DNA of 63,322 nt, counting the filler, from Aduncisulcus paluster (taxonomy: Eukaryota), in the NCBI GenBank assembly GCA_024181965.1. It is 31 parts of 31 records of this genome, joined end to end, with 100 filler letters (N's around TTAATTAATTAA, not from the genome) between each part and the next. Parts side by side here need not be neighbours in the genome. Positions count along the whole stretch, not along the records: positions 61,773 to 63,322 come from BQXS01012111.1; 30 more parts are not named here. One strand, written 5' to 3'. Positions within the stretch are counted from its first letter, which is position 1. Each line of letters starts with the position of its first letter. Shown in pieces: positions 61,673-63,322 of the stretch. The translations under genes and the position numbers were made by a program. The notes below the pieces were generated by a model, which was given only the letters and a program-made list of their open reading frames with translations, searched no databases and was not told the DNA's origin.

Positions 61673-61895
61673 NNNNNNNNNNNNNNNNNNNNNNNNNNNN
61701 NNNNNNNNNNNNNNNNTTAATTAATTAANNNNNNNNNNNNNNNNNNNNNNNNNNNNNNNNNNNNNNNNNNNNAATGTTGCTTCAATTTCTGGTTATAATT
61801 TATTCTACATGTATTGTCCAAGAGTTATTGGTAGTGTAAAGAAGTCTGTAATTCACAGAAAAGTGAAATGTGCAACAGCAAGGGAATTGAAATTC

Positions 61896-62490
61896 ATTTC
61901 CATTGAAGGAAGTATTCTAATTTGTCCTCTTAGGAAGTAAAATGATCACTTTTAAAAAACAATAAAATAATCTTTATGACTAGTACTAACGATATCAAAA
62001 AATACTTGGGCATGACCATTTATTTTTTGAGTCAGACCCAACAACCATCATGTTTGTGCGGGACATGTGTCCAACCCAAAAAAGTTTTCGTTATGTATTA
62101 GTATGAATATATCATTTTCTATGGTTTACTCGAGCGGTTTCGGTTAATATTGTCGCCTGCAGGCCTTGATCTAGAGAATGGAAATTCTATTTCCATTGAA
62201 GGAAGTATTCTAATTTGTCCTCTTAGGAAGTAAAATGATCACTTTTAAAAAACAATAAAATAATCTTTATGACTAGTACTAACGATATCAAAAAATACTT
62301 GGGCATGACCATTTATTTTTTGAGTCAGACCCAACAACCATCATGTTTGTGCGGGACATGTGTCCAACCCAAAAAAGTTTTCGTTATGTATTAGTATGAA
62401 TATATCATTTTCTATGGTTTACTCGAGCGGTTTCGGTTAATATTGTCGCCTGCAGGCCTTGATCTAGAGAATGGAAATTCTATTTCCATT
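61896..62490. repeat. Tandem duplication of a 293-bp non-coding unit
   Basis: 61896-62188 matches 62189-62481; hairpin AATGGAAAT-TCT-ATTTCCATT at the junctions. Confidence 0.9.
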
Positions 62491-62632
62491 CTTTTTTTTG
62501 GAAAATTTTCTATTTCCATTCTCTCAGATTAAAAAATAAAGCTATTTCGATAGATTATTTCCCGATAATTTTGCTATGAAATTTTCCATTGTTGTCGTTT
62601 TCTTGACGCTCTAGCATCATAATAATATCATT

Positions 62633-62850
62633 TTGGAGGCTAGGAGTGATTTTAAGACAACAAAGGCACGTTTATTGGCCAACTTAACACCACATTGGCC
62701 CAAAGATAGAATTTCACTAGAAAAACATCTAGATGATGACTTTGAAATGAAGTATACATCTAACAAAGATTATAAAGACTCCAAAACAAGGAAAACTATC
62801 ATAATGAAGTGTAAATTATGCGATTTTAGTGAATATTCTGGAAATGGGTT
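62633..62850 (+). pseudogene. BED-finger-like (hAT transposase N-terminus) fragment
   Basis: IMKCKLCDFSEYSGNG cut off before the His ligands. Confidence 0.4.
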
Positions 62851-63322
62851 TGGCAATGGTAACATTCAACACGGCTCATATCACGTGGCTGATACGGGCG
62901 ATAAACACTTGACTGGCTTGCATGGGGTTGGCTTGAACTTTGAGGTTGCTGTGGCGTAGTAGATTGGCCTACAGAAGCACGAGGGCGGAATTCTTCAGCA
63001 TTCGGAGGAGTTCCTTTCTTGGCGTAACCGTCAGCAGCAACACACATCTTCTGAAACTTTTCAAACTCTTGCATCGCTGTATAATTACGATGTTGAAATA
63101 AAATAGACCCATATCGTCTCCATTCATCAGCAGTAACTTGCAAACGAGGCGTCAAACCTCTTCCTTTACCAGCTTGATCTTTACACATCCAACACCAGTG
63201 GTTGGCGCGTCCGCAGAACACACAACGTGGCTTCAATTCCATTGGCGTGTACACTTGGTCTTTAACAGCACTCGTGGTTGGTTTCGGAGGGGGTTGTTGT
63301 TCCAAATGACCACTACTGGTAT
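62848..63322 (-). mobile_element. Retroelement gag C-terminus with zinc knuckles, truncated
   Basis: CVFCGRANHWCWMC (CX2CX4HX4C) and a broken second knuckle VECYHCQ. Confidence 0.8.

Overview
The window is not one locus. It is 31 short contigs joined by 30 artificial 100-nt linkers (N44-TTAATTAATTAA-N44), plus two 20-N scaffold gaps with duplicated flanks. Thirty contigs come from an AT-rich microbial eukaryote using the standard code with short GT-AG introns. Its expanded gene families look like those of the free-living fornicate Aduncisulcus paluster (my inference, not a database result). Recognisable host genes: PheRS alpha, eIF3c (two fragments), Hsp70, pyrophosphatase, RPA49, an HP1-like protein, SNF5, SLX4-like, UBE2J, a Rubicon-homology protein, UPF0538, kinesin, INO80, trehalase, and LRR, REJ-like and kinase family members. 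One contig (13840-15239) is bacteriophage-like. Transposon debris is abundant: chromodomain Ty3/gypsy, Plavaka/CACTA, hAT and a non-LTR RT. The most striking signal is in the Ty3/gypsy elements. Seven candidate LTRs are only 35-107 bp long and share an A[AG]TAAATT(T)G core, and three carry a MEF2-type CTA(A/T)4TAG box. All three gag-adjacent LTRs lack a tRNA primer-binding site and instead abut a perfect AT-rich palindrome, which suggests an undescribed tRNA-independent priming mode. Other leads are a tandem MEF2-box dimer on four contigs, a tandem gene array with patchy non-synonymous hypervariability, and a templated-insertion junction.
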